From NCBI GenBank assembly GCA_038729485.1, contig JAVYRX010000005.1:1417-65416 (forward strand): DNA of 64,000 nt, in the 5' to 3' direction. Source of the stretch: Thermoplasmatales archaeon. Lineage in GTDB: Archaea > Thermoplasmatota > Thermoplasmata > Thermoplasmatales > GCA-001856825. Positions 27,690-37,171 of the stretch are shown one piece after another (position 1 is the stretch's first letter; each line of letters begins with the position of its first letter). The notes beneath the pieces are model-generated. The model ran no database searches, was not told the origin of the DNA, and saw nothing but the letters and a program-made list of their open reading frames with translations. The position numbers and the translations under genes are program-made.

Positions 27690-30107
27690 ATGTTGGATCA
27701 GGAGTTCAAGCCATTTGCACTTCAGGGGTACTCGCTCACATTGGAAAGAGAAAAGCAATTTGAGGTTAAGAAGACGGTCATAGACATAAAGATAAATTTT
27801 GAAGACAAAGCCATAGAAGGTAAAGTGGAGTTGCACGTAAAAATCAATGCACTGAAGCAGAACCACTTAGACATTGACGCAGAGGACATGGAAATTTATA
27901 ACGTATCGGTAAGGGGCGTGCCTTCTCAATTTGAGACTAGGGGCAAAAAAATAGTCTTATTCGGGGACTTTAATCCTTACTCAGAATATACAATTACCAT
28001 AACTTACAAGGCATATCCAACGAAAGGTGCCTATTTCTTCGAAGATGACGGGGTTCCTCAGTTCTGGACCCATGGGGAGAGCGAAGACAACCATTCTTGG
28101 TTCCCATGCTTTGATTATCCCAACAATAGGAGCGAGTATGAGATTAGGGTGACTGTCCCCCCTGATTTCAGCGTTATAAGCAACGGAAAATTGATCTCCA
28201 AAGTAGAGGGGGATTTTACGACTTATACTTTTCAGGAGGATTTCAAGTTTCCGTCATATCTGGTAAGCGTAATAGCAGGGAAATTTTCAAAATACGAGCA
28301 GGAATGGAACGGCATAAAAATCAGCTCAAATTTTCTCCCGAAATTTTCAGATTATGCAGAAAGGGCGTTTAAGAACACCCCAGACATGATGCAGTTTATA
28401 AGCGAAAAGACAGGAGTGAAGTATCCTTATTCGAAATACGATCAGACCTGCGTCACGAACTTCTTGATGGGTGGAATGGAGAACATTACTGCCACCACAT
28501 TGACTGACAGGGTTTTTCACGACGAAATAGCTCATCTCGATTATCAATCTGAACGTCTCTTGTGCCATGAATTAGCCCATCAGTGGTTTGGAGATTTTGT
28601 CACATGCAAGGATTGGTCCCACGCCTGGCTTAACGAGGGATTTGCAACGTACATTGCCATGTTGTACGTTGAGAGATTTAGGGGTAGAGACGATTTCCTT
28701 GCAGAAGTCGAAGGAATCCGTGAGACATACATAAAAGAATTTAAAGAAAGATACGGAAGGCCCATAGTTGAAAAGCAATATAAAGAACCAGAGGAGCTTT
28801 TCGACAGGCATCTATACCAGAAGGCAAGCCTATTCCTCAGATATCTGAACTATCTCCTTGGCGAGAGAACATTCTGGGCGGGAGTCAAATTGTACCTTGA
28901 AAAAAATAAGATGACGAGCGTATCTACCGAGGACTTCAGAGAAGCGTTATCCAACGTATCCGGTCTGTCACTTGAGCAGACGTTCCATGAATTCCTTGAA
29001 GCACCGGGCCATCCGGAGCTTGACGTAAGCCAATCAGTAAGGGGAGGAAAAGTATTAATAAAAATAGTCCAAACCGGAAGGTTGTTCAATTTAAGAATCC
29101 CCGTAAGGGCCTACTACGATGAAAGAAAATTGGATTTTGATATTTCAATTGACGAAAAGGTCACTCCGCTAGAATTAGATGGAAAAGGTTTCAGGGCATT
29201 CTCCATTGACCCTGAAAGCAAGGTACTTTCCATTATCAAAGTAGATACATCCAGGGAAGTCCTACGTTACTTGCTGAAAGGCGGGGAGACTGTTATAGAA
29301 AGGGCCAGGGCAGCTACTGCTCTTAGGTCTTTCGGTCAATCAGAAATCTCGTTCCTTGAAAATGCTTTCTGGGAGGAAAAATCATGGTATGTGAAATCAA
29401 AAATCGCAGAAAGTATTTCAATTATCGGAGGAGATAAAGCGTCACGTGCACTTGAGAGAATGCTTGAAGATCAGGATTACAACACACGAAGGGAGGTAGT
29501 CAGTTCAATATCCAACACGAGGGACCCTGCTTTTCTTAAGAAATTGGTGGAAGTCTTCGAGAAGGAAAAAGGGTACAAAATCAGGGCAGTGGCATTGTCG
29601 TCTGCGGCGAAGGTCGGAAAAGGGGATGCAAGGGATATCTTGGTTAGAGCGCTTTCAGTTACATCATATGACAGCTGGATAAGAACAGCAGCACTCAATT
29701 CACTGGGCGAATTGAATGATGCATCAAGCGTCGCAGTAATAAAGGAATATCTACAGAAGAAGTATGATTGGCAGACGAGAGCAACTGCTGTTTCTGCGGT
29801 GTCGAAGCTGTATTGGCAGGACAGGTCAGTGGGTCAATATCTTATTGAGGCTTTAAGAGACGAATTTCCGGCTGTGAGGTCGGCAGCAGTCAACGCAATA
29901 AAGGGTATAATGGAGCCACATCTTCTTGAGGAACTGCGGGGCTCATATGACACCGAAAAGAATGGATTTGTAAGAAGAATTATGAGGGAAAGTTTTGAGT
30001 TGAGGGGAGTTCCAATGCCCGAGGACTATCTGCAGTTAAAGGAGGAAGTATCAAGGTTGGGGGACAGGATTTCAAAACTCGAGCTGAACAAAGTCAAGAA
30101 AAGATGA
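27690..30107 (+). CDS. M1 family aminopeptidase with C-terminal HEAT repeats and coiled tail
   Basis: WFPCFD, GGMEN, HELAHQWFG, WLNEGFA and LYQK motifs; HEAT-like repeats in the last ~270 aa. Confidence 0.92.
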   Translation: MLDQEFKPFALQGYSLTLEREKQFEVKKTVIDIKINFEDKAIEGKVELHVKINALKQNHLDIDAEDMEIYNVSVRGVPSQFETRGKKIVLFGDFNPYSEYTITITYKAYPTKGAYFFEDDGVPQFWTHGESEDNHSWFPCFDYPNNRSEYEIRVTVPPDFSVISNGKLISKVEGDFTTYTFQEDFKFPSYLVSVIAGKFSKYEQEWNGIKISSNFLPKFSDYAERAFKNTPDMMQFISEKTGVKYPYSKYDQTCVTNFLMGGMENITATTLTDRVFHDEIAHLDYQSERLLCHELAHQWFGDFVTCKDWSHAWLNEGFATYIAMLYVERFRGRDDFLAEVEGIRETYIKEFKERYGRPIVEKQYKEPEELFDRHLYQKASLFLRYLNYLLGERTFWAGVKLYLEKNKMTSVSTEDFREALSNVSGLSLEQTFHEFLEAPGHPELDVSQSVRGGKVLIKIVQTGRLFNLRIPVRAYYDERKLDFDISIDEKVTPLELDGKGFRAFSIDPESKVLSIIKVDTSREVLRYLLKGGETVIERARAATALRSFGQSEISFLENAFWEEKSWYVKSKIAESISIIGGDKASRALERMLEDQDYNTRREVVSSISNTRDPAFLKKLVEVFEKEKGYKIRAVALSSAAKVGKGDARDILVRALSVTSYDSWIRTAALNSLGELNDASSVAVIKEYLQKKYDWQTRATAVSAVSKLYWQDRSVGQYLIEALRDEFPAVRSAAVNAIKGIMEPHLLEELRGSYDTEKNGFVRRIMRESFELRGVPMPEDYLQLKEEVSRLGDRISKLELNKVKKR

Positions 30108-30218
30108 AAACCGGCATTTGTTGGCATCTGAAAGCGAATTTGAAGTTGACGAAAAATTAGAATGATATCTGTATGTGATTTTTTTTATGTTCCCTCAATG
30201 ATCTTTAAGGAATTATGA

Positions 30219-30249
30219 TGCTTACAGGTAAGGGTACCAGATTAATATT
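30219..30249 (+). promoter_or_regulatory. Palindromic operator candidate plus TATA-like box upstream of the SatP-family gene
   Basis: TGCTTA-CAGG-TAAGGG (30219-30234), 7 nt gap, then TTAATATT. Confidence 0.5.
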
Positions 30250-30286
30250 CAATAGAATATTATTTAAAGTTAAGGAGGTATCTTTA

Positions 30287-30913
30287 ATGACAGACGAAAT
30301 GAAAAAGGGTGACCCAACGGCCCTGGGTGTATTTTCCTATGGCTTCGGACTGATGATTTTGTCTCTTTACGCACTGGGTGTATTCAGTTGGAACGAGAGT
30401 GCGGCATTAATGGCTCCCGCATTGGTGTTTAGCGGACTGTTACTACTAGTTGCGGCAAACTGGGAATACAACAACGGAAACACTTTCGGAGCCACAGCAT
30501 TTGGGGTTTACGCCGGTTTCTTCTTAACGTTCGCAGTTGCCACATTTGCACTGAAGCTCGGATGGATGACGGGCATTGCGCATACGCATCTTGTAGGCAT
30601 GATGGCACTTGCCTTTGTTTTCATGACGTTCTTTTTATGGCTTGGAAGCTTTAAGATAACTCTGATTCATAACATCATGCTTTTCTTCCTTCTGGTGACA
30701 TTTATACTTTGGGCAATTCCGCTTTTGAGCATGACTGCTACTGGATCCATTTTTGGCAGCATGCCAGGAGCCGTGTTTCCTGCGGGGATTGCGGGTATAA
30801 TAGACGTAGTATTCACGACCTATCTAGCCGGTGCAGTAATAGTGAATGACCGGTGGGCAACTGCGGGACTGAAGCCACCGCTTCCGCTATGGCCATTAGG
30901 CAAGAAAAATTAA
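30287..30913 (+). CDS. SatP/YaaH/Gpr1/Fun34-family small anion (acetate/succinate) channel
   Basis: GDPTALG (family NPAPLG) and GNTFGATAFGVYAGFF motifs; ~6 TM helices; AGGAGG SD before ATG 30287. Confidence 0.88.
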   Translation: MTDEMKKGDPTALGVFSYGFGLMILSLYALGVFSWNESAALMAPALVFSGLLLLVAANWEYNNGNTFGATAFGVYAGFFLTFAVATFALKLGWMTGIAHTHLVGMMALAFVFMTFFLWLGSFKITLIHNIMLFFLLVTFILWAIPLLSMTATGSIFGSMPGAVFPAGIAGIIDVVFTTYLAGAVIVNDRWATAGLKPPLPLWPLGKKN

Positions 30914-30940
30914 AATTTTTTTAACCTTTCTTTTTTTTAC
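30914..30940 (+). terminator. Oligo-T tract, probable archaeal terminator
   Basis: TTTTTTT...TTTCTTTTTTTT directly after the stop codon, between convergent genes. Confidence 0.55.
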
Positions 30941-30955
30941 GTAAGTATTTCCATG

Positions 30956-31597
30956 TCATCTGCTTTTTAATTTAAGGGTCTTGAAGACGTTAAGTGCGTA
31001 AGTGAACGCTGCATCATCCTGTCCTTTGTCTACTAGCTTCCAGAAATTATCGTCTTCAAATAGGCGTTGAAAATAGATTGCTTTGGTGCTATGCTCTGTA
31101 GCGATTATTTCATTCCTTACCTTCTCCAGAATTGGCAGAGCGCAAGAGTAAGAATTCACCACCGACGATATCTTCTTTCTTAGAAACCTGGATAGTGAAG
31201 GAGATTTTCCCTCCGTTGAAACGCTAACGATGACTCCATTAGAGTCCAACACAGCTGGGAAAATGAACGGGCTGTCTCTCCTGTCGACGCTGTTGAAAAG
31301 GACACCTTTTCTTTCGCAATAATCTCTAATCTCTTCATTTAGTTCAGGCTCATCGCTGGCAATAACCACGATTGTGTTTCTTTCAATGAATTTATCCAAT
31401 TGAGACGGTTCAGTGATATGGAGTCGCACGGTTTCAACGTTCTTGCCCTCTATCATCTCCTTGAATTCATCGGCTACCACGATTATTCTATCGAACTTGG
31501 AAGACAGATTATTCAACTTCTGTGCGGCAGCTTTTCCTCCGCCGATTATCAGCAATTTCTTCCCTGTGACATTGAGCATTATTGGAATGAATTTCAT
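30956..31597 (-). CDS. sirC: Precorrin-2 dehydrogenase / sirohydrochlorin ferrochelatase (SirC/Met8/CysG-N)
   Basis: MKFIPIML..TGKKLLIIGGG, NSVD, FIFPA, VSTEGKSP. Confidence 0.9.
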   Translation of the reverse strand: MKFIPIMLNVTGKKLLIIGGGKAAAQKLNNLSSKFDRIIVVADEFKEMIEGKNVETVRLHITEPSQLDKFIERNTIVVIASDEPELNEEIRDYCERKGVLFNSVDRRDSPFIFPAVLDSNGVIVSVSTEGKSPSLSRFLRKKISSVVNSYSCALPILEKVRNEIIATEHSTKAIYFQRLFEDDNFWKLVDKGQDDAAFTYALNVFKTLKLKSR

Positions 31598-31598
31598 T

Positions 31599-32456
31599 TC
31601 ATCTTCCTCTTGTGGTGGCTTCCTGCGAGACCTGGGGTTCAACCAGCTCGATTAACGCATCTCCGGTAGCACGAGATAAATTACGCGATGGTAGAATTCC
31701 TTCGTCAATAAGCGCGTTAACTACTTTCCCTATGACAATGATGCTAGGTGATCTTATTCTATGTTTTTCTATTACGCTTGGCAGTTCGCGAAGATAGCAA
31801 AAGAATGTGCGTTCCCGCCTAGTAGTTCCGTTTTCGATAACGGCGACGCCCATCAATTGATCCATTCCACCCTCAATGAGATGAGACACTATTTCTGAGG
31901 CAGTTGCAACGCCCATTAAAATAACTATTGTTCCGTCGAATCTCGAAATTTCATTCCAATCGTTTTCCGTTCCAGTGGATTTTCTATGGCCGGATATAAT
32001 CAACAATGATGAAGAGTAATTCCTGTGCGTTAATGGTATCCCTAAGGCGCTGGGAACTGATATTGCAGACGTGAGTCCAGGAACAACCTCGAATGGAACG
32101 TTGTTTTTCTTTAAAAACTCTATCTCCTCTCCTCCCCTGCCGAATATAAAAGGGTCGCCTGATTTCAATCTTATAATGATTTTTCCAACCTTAAAGTATT
32201 GAAGCATTAGCTCGTTTATTCTATCCTGTTTGGATCCAGGCTCAACTCCATGTTTAGTTCCAACGCAAATCCTTTTACATGATGCCGGAGAGAGTTTGAC
32301 AATACTTCGATCAACGAGCCTGTCATAAAGAAGCACATCGCATTTCTTTATCAATTTCAAAGCCCTTACTGTAAGGTAATCCGGATTTCCCGGGCCCGCT
32401 CCCACTAAATATATTTTTTTAGAAATTTTTAAATGTTCACCTTTTTTTCGTTCCAT
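31599..32456 (-). CDS. cobA: Uroporphyrinogen-III C-methyltransferase (SUMT)
   Basis: [43 protein letters not shown]. Confidence 0.95.
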   Translation of the reverse strand: MERKKGEHLKISKKIYLVGAGPGNPDYLTVRALKLIKKCDVLLYDRLVDRSIVKLSPASCKRICVGTKHGVEPGSKQDRINELMLQYFKVGKIIIRLKSGDPFIFGRGGEEIEFLKKNNVPFEVVPGLTSAISVPSALGIPLTHRNYSSSLLIISGHRKSTGTENDWNEISRFDGTIVILMGVATASEIVSHLIEGGMDQLMGVAVIENGTTRRERTFFCYLRELPSVIEKHRIRSPSIIVIGKVVNALIDEGILPSRNLSRATGDALIELVEPQVSQEATTRGR

Positions 32457-32468
32457 GTTCTTATCCTT

Positions 32469-33854
32469 TTATAGCTCAATAGCGTAGCCTACCAGATCCA
32501 TCAATCCATGATTTTGCATGTCTACCTTGTGATAGTTCATTACAAATGGGAATTGTGCTTTGTCTATTGCACAAGGCGATACCATGTGGTGTGAGCCCGT
32601 TTTCCAGGAAAAGTACACTGCGGGCCATCCGGCCCAAGCCCTGTACTCATTCCATTCTTTTTCATCCGCAAGAAGGCCTCCTCCTGCACCACAGCAGAAT
32701 GTTTTCTCTTTGGTGAATTCCGATTCTACAGTTTCCCTTACTACTGCGTTAAGGACGAACCGCGGCTCATTTACAAGGTTGCCGCCTCTCGCGAGGTTGC
32801 ACGGATCGTGATAGTTGTAAAGGTCGTCATTCTTGTTTTTGTCTACCTTAATTTTCCCCCTTTCAATTGCCTTCCACGTAACCTGATGTATATGCCTTAG
32901 CTGTATCCCCTTTTTTTCCAGTTCATACCTGACATAGTTATTCGCCGTTCTCCATCCATGACCGCACTCTCCCCAAACGACGAGCTTAACTCCTCTTTTA
33001 ACAGCTTCGTTAACTACAATGTCTCCAAATTCTCTCATGTGTCGTTCGCTCGCAAACGTTCCAAAGTTTGCAGCCTCAGTTGCGGCTGAGGATAGAGTCC
33101 AATCAGTGCCGAGGGCAAATAGCGTCTTTGCATAACCCTTAAGTGTGTCGTTGTTTACAGCTATGTCTGCAGAAGAGGGAACTACAAGAACTTCGGAATG
33201 GGAAATATCTACTGGTATTTTGATTTCCTTCCCAGTCTCTGAAAGCATCTCTTCCTCAAGAAATCCAGTTACATTTTTTATGAATTTATCCTTAAGACCC
33301 ATGTTGTTACCCGTCTTGTAGACCTGAGACATAGTTGCTGCAACGTACTCAGGTATCAGTCCCATATCTGTTAAAATATTCCTAATATTTCTTGTTATTT
33401 CAGATTGGTCAATTCCCGAAGGGCAAAAAACAGAACATCTCCTGCACTCCGTACACTGATAATAGTAAGAATAGAGGCGATTTAGATCTATCTGATCTTT
33501 CTTAATCCTCCCTCTTGCCCTGTAGATGTCTCTTACAAGATTAGCTCTCCCTACTGGTGAGTTGTTTGGATCTCCGGTAGCTATGAACATCTGGCACTTG
33601 TCGATGCATTCGCCGCAACGTACGCAGCTCTCCATAAATGTTACGAAGGCCTTACTTTTCCTAAGTTCTTCAAACCTCTTAATGAAATAGTCATTGTCTT
33701 CCTCCCTGCTTACTTTGATGTCCTTAAGAAGTGGTTCTTTTGCAGGCCTTTCAAAGGTAGACTGAGCCCACTCGAGTGTTTTCTGTTTTGATAGCCACTC
33801 CTCTGCCTTTCCGCTGGGACTTTCTAGAATTATGTTCCTAATTTTTGGATTCAT
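32469..33854 (-). CDS. dsrK: DsrK, HdrD-like Fe-S/CCG protein
   Basis: CVRCGECIDKC and CTECRRCSVFCP ferredoxin motifs, GECGHGWR, YHDPCN, FCCGAGGG, PCAIDKAQ. Confidence 0.93.
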   Translation of the reverse strand: MNPKIRNIILESPSGKAEEWLSKQKTLEWAQSTFERPAKEPLLKDIKVSREEDNDYFIKRFEELRKSKAFVTFMESCVRCGECIDKCQMFIATGDPNNSPVGRANLVRDIYRARGRIKKDQIDLNRLYSYYYQCTECRRCSVFCPSGIDQSEITRNIRNILTDMGLIPEYVAATMSQVYKTGNNMGLKDKFIKNVTGFLEEEMLSETGKEIKIPVDISHSEVLVVPSSADIAVNNDTLKGYAKTLFALGTDWTLSSAATEAANFGTFASERHMREFGDIVVNEAVKRGVKLVVWGECGHGWRTANNYVRYELEKKGIQLRHIHQVTWKAIERGKIKVDKNKNDDLYNYHDPCNLARGGNLVNEPRFVLNAVVRETVESEFTKEKTFCCGAGGGLLADEKEWNEYRAWAGWPAVYFSWKTGSHHMVSPCAIDKAQFPFVMNYHKVDMQNHGLMDLVGYAIEL

Positions 33855-34596
33855 TTATCTCACCAGGATGGAAAATCGAGTACATCGTTGGATTTGTGAA
33901 GAATGAATATGGGTGCATAAATTTGCTAAACGGAAAGTAAATTAGAAGTGTGGAAGCAATGAGAAAATGTACCACGAATTGAATTGCGGTCGGAACGAAT
34001 ACGGGTGACAAGTGTATGAGGGAATATATGAAAGGCGTTACTTCGTTATAAGCGTAAAGCGGAGGAAGTGTAAATCTCATAATTATTCCGGATACTCCAA
34101 GAGCAAGTATCAGTAGGATTGAAAAATAATCGGACAAGTAGCTTATTTTTCTCATATATATGCTGCTATTCCTTCTGATAAACAAGTAGGCCCCAAATCC
34201 CACCATCACTATGGCCAGTGAAGTTCCGAGGTAGTCTCCAATTGCGGACATTGCCTTTTCGCTCACGCCTATTGATGAAAAATAAGGCATTAGCACTATG
34301 TCAAGATGGGCTGCTATTACTATCCATAGCGTCCAGTGAAAGATGGCGGATGAAATTCTAAGTGAGGGATCGTTTTTCATACTAGAGAATAGAAATATCC
34401 TAGAGAGAATGTTCTTGAACGCAAGTAATCTTGTGTTATTCCCAGGATATGTGAAAAGGTAAGGATACCCCAGAAACGTTCCGGAGGGTCCTTTTGGGAC
34501 GAATATCCATCTTATCAAGGTGACTATTGTTCCAATGACGAATACTATAACTGCAATGTATGCATACGCGACAATGGCCCAATCTACAGGACTCAT
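33838..34596 (-). CDS. dsrM: DsrM, NarI-like membrane b-type cytochrome
   Basis: Several TM helices with heme His residues (FHW...AAH; VHF...YFPFSKFMH); lies between dsrB and dsrK. Confidence 0.92.
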   Translation of the reverse strand: MSPVDWAIVAYAYIAVIVFVIGTIVTLIRWIFVPKGPSGTFLGYPYLFTYPGNNTRLLAFKNILSRIFLFSSMKNDPSLRISSAIFHWTLWIVIAAHLDIVLMPYFSSIGVSEKAMSAIGDYLGTSLAIVMVGFGAYLFIRRNSSIYMRKISYLSDYFSILLILALGVSGIIMRFTLPPLYAYNEVTPFIYSLIHLSPVFVPTAIQFVVHFLIASTLLIYFPFSKFMHPYSFFTNPTMYSIFHPGEINESKN

Positions 34597-34624
34597 ACCA
34601 CGTCACGCCATCCATCTGGAATGC

Positions 34625-35695
34625 CTAAGCAGTCCCTCCATCCCTAAGAGTCATTATTCCCCTGATGTCTAGATATTCCATGTTTTGTTCAAAGTAGGGA
34701 ATACCGGTCTTTTCAAAGAATTTCTCCCACCCTATTCTGTCAACCCAGTCCGCGATCCTTTCTCCTTTCCTGGCATCCTTCTTCCAGGTATCAACAATCC
34801 TGACCACTGCAGCTACGGTTTTAGGATAGTATGGTGGCTCATTAGGAAGGTAAGGTATTACAATCCTCGAGAGAGTGGTGCCAACCCTTGATGGAACGGC
34901 CTTCCCTCCAATTGCGATTGCGTGTCCGTCTGTTTTTTCAGGTGTTTCAAATATTATTCCAGCACATGCCCCTACGCATAGGCCACAGCCTATGCACAGA
35001 TTTCCCCTAATTTCAAGGGTTTTGGAACCGTCCGGCAGCTGCTTTATCTGAATTGCCCCTACCGGGCAGGTATATGCCGTTCCCTGGAGATCGCATTTTG
35101 CCACGTCTGGCGTTATTATGGGAATTTCAGTATGAATGCCACTTATAGATATATCTGTAAGGAAGCTGTTTCCACAGGAACTAGGACATCCGGATGCAGC
35201 AACGGTCAATTTTGCAGGCAATTCTTCCTTGTTGAAGTATTTGCCAAGCGCGTTTGCAATATTTTGAACAATGGACGGCGCGTCTGTTGCCGCCAAAGCA
35301 CAGTGAAAATAACCGGCACAGGACGTCAGGCTCCACAGGTGTCCGTCCCATCCTCCAACGGGAAAACCGAGGGCCATGAGATCAGTCCTCAATGCGATTG
35401 CATCCTTCAAGTCCTTAGTTATGAATTCCATGTTGATCGCTCCGGTGAATCTCATACTACCTCCGGAATATTTACGAGCAAGAGCAGAAATTTTCCTCAT
35501 CGTTTCAGTACTGTATCTCCCATTTGGGGTTGAACCCGCCCTCACTGTGTATATCTTATTTCCGTTTATATCTACATGCTCAACTATTCCAGGTTCCACT
35601 ATCTTATGCGATTTCCATTTGCCGATGGAATCTTTTAAATAAGTGGGTATGAAGTTTGTGTATGGTCTGGGTGGCCCTTCCTGCAATTTAATCAC
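34625..35695 (-). CDS. dsrB: Dissimilatory sulfite reductase beta subunit
   Basis: GKWKSH...PG, YTVRAG, GFPVGG, CAGYFHC (CX5C), SGCPSSC, CIGCGLC, GERIADWVDRIGWEKFFEKTG. Confidence 0.95.
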   Translation of the reverse strand: MIKLQEGPPRPYTNFIPTYLKDSIGKWKSHKIVEPGIVEHVDINGNKIYTVRAGSTPNGRYSTETMRKISALARKYSGGSMRFTGAINMEFITKDLKDAIALRTDLMALGFPVGGWDGHLWSLTSCAGYFHCALAATDAPSIVQNIANALGKYFNKEELPAKLTVAASGCPSSCGNSFLTDISISGIHTEIPIITPDVAKCDLQGTAYTCPVGAIQIKQLPDGSKTLEIRGNLCIGCGLCVGACAGIIFETPEKTDGHAIAIGGKAVPSRVGTTLSRIVIPYLPNEPPYYPKTVAAVVRIVDTWKKDARKGERIADWVDRIGWEKFFEKTGIPYFEQNMEYLDIRGIMTLRDGGTA

Positions 35696-36872
35696 CTCCC
35701 ACAGCTTTGTTTACTTCTTTCGGAATTTCCTCTCTGGCTTTCTCATCCACGGCATAGAATACATTTGTCCTTAGGTCTTTAGAATTCATCGCCCTTGGTT
35801 TTTCTTTCAGCATATCTAAGAATCCCTTCATTCCAACTCTCAATAGCATATCTCCAATCCTCTCTTTCCTGGCTGCCTGATCAATGTAAACCTCAACTAT
35901 CCTGTCAATAATGTCAAGTGCTTCATCAGGCGAGTTGAGCTTAGTTAGTAATTTTCCAGTCAGCGGTCCCTTCTTTCCTCTTAATTTTCCCCCGATGTAA
36001 ATGAGGTATTCTTTCTCCTTTCCGGGCATTATTGCGCCTTTACTCTTCCTAACGCACAACATGCATTGATTGCAGTCTTCTCCTCTGATGCTTATCGTAT
36101 TTCCAAGGCGGGAGATTGCACCTGTAGGACAATTGTTCACAATCCGATCGATTTCCTCGTTTGTCAAATTTTTGATAAGGCTTTCATTCACGTCTGGAGC
36201 GCCCTTCCATGACCCTACTATCCCGATATCTGCTTTTTGAGTTGCTCTTCCGCAGTCAATAGGGCAACCGGAAACCTTAACCTTCACCTTGTGGGGAAAT
36301 GTTGGATACTTGGCAAAATCGTTGTATCTATCATAAAATTTATCTCTGAACTCTTCCGTATTTAGATTAGAATATTCACACAGAGCGCTCCCAACACAGG
36401 TAGTCGTTGCCCTAAATGCATCGCCTGTTGAACCACATTCGTAGCCATTTTGTCTTAGTTCGGCAATGAAATCCCTTATTTTTTCCTTAGGTATTCCGGG
36501 CACTTCTATATCCTCTCCAGTGCTTATGGCGTGAATAAGGCCAACTCCATACTTATCCGCAAGTTCACATAACTTGTCTAGCATGTCGGAAGTCACAAAA
36601 TTTCCGGAGGGAATCAGAATTCTTACGATGTTAGCACTCTCTCCGATGTCAGGCCTGCTCGTTACTCTCATGAGGATTCCGGTTGGGGCTCCTGGCACAG
36701 AAACGTAGCCACCGGTCGTAAATAAATCACGTTTCAATGCTAAAGAAGCCCCGTACAAATCCACGGGATATCGAGTCTTTTGTGCCTCTTTTACGAAATT
36801 TGGCCATTCGCCCTTCTTGAGGTCGTCTAGTATTTTTCTTCCTCTAACAACTTCTTCTGGCAATTCCGTCAT
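35688..36872 (-). CDS. dsrA: Dissimilatory sulfite reductase alpha subunit
   Basis: LDDLKKGEWPNFV, CVGSALCEY (CX5C), FPHKVKVKVSGCPIDC, CPTGAI...CNQCMLC, ERIGD. Confidence 0.95.
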   Translation of the reverse strand: MTELPEEVVRGRKILDDLKKGEWPNFVKEAQKTRYPVDLYGASLALKRDLFTTGGYVSVPGAPTGILMRVTSRPDIGESANIVRILIPSGNFVTSDMLDKLCELADKYGVGLIHAISTGEDIEVPGIPKEKIRDFIAELRQNGYECGSTGDAFRATTTCVGSALCEYSNLNTEEFRDKFYDRYNDFAKYPTFPHKVKVKVSGCPIDCGRATQKADIGIVGSWKGAPDVNESLIKNLTNEEIDRIVNNCPTGAISRLGNTISIRGEDCNQCMLCVRKSKGAIMPGKEKEYLIYIGGKLRGKKGPLTGKLLTKLNSPDEALDIIDRIVEVYIDQAARKERIGDMLLRVGMKGFLDMLKEKPRAMNSKDLRTNVFYAVDEKAREEIPKEVNKAVGGD

Positions 36873-37171
36873 TTTTTTCCACCCCTAAACTCATCTAAGG
36901 CAAATTTTGTTCCAACAACGTAACCTTTATTTTTTAGATATTGAGAAAACTGGTTTTGTTCGTCCTGGCCTAGTTCTACCTTTATGATTGGTATCTCACT
37001 TTCGTTGGCTTCTATCTTTTCGCATTTAGGAATAACATTAATGCAATTTGGGCATATCTGGTCCCTCGTGAGAAGGTACTTCATTCTTTTTGATCTCACG
37101 GGATTTGAGGCCTCCTCCTCCGTAAAGATATCGATTGCGTATCCGCATATTGGACATACAAGATAGATCAT
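36869..37171 (-). CDS. Unknown 100-aa Cys-rich (CPIC...CPNC) protein inside the dsr operon
   Basis: ATG abuts the dsrC stop and its stop overlaps the dsrA ATG. Two CxxC motifs. Confidence 0.75.
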   Translation of the reverse strand: MIYLVCPICGYAIDIFTEEEASNPVRSKRMKYLLTRDQICPNCINVIPKCEKIEANESEIPIIKVELGQDEQNQFSQYLKNKGYVVGTKFALDEFRGGKK

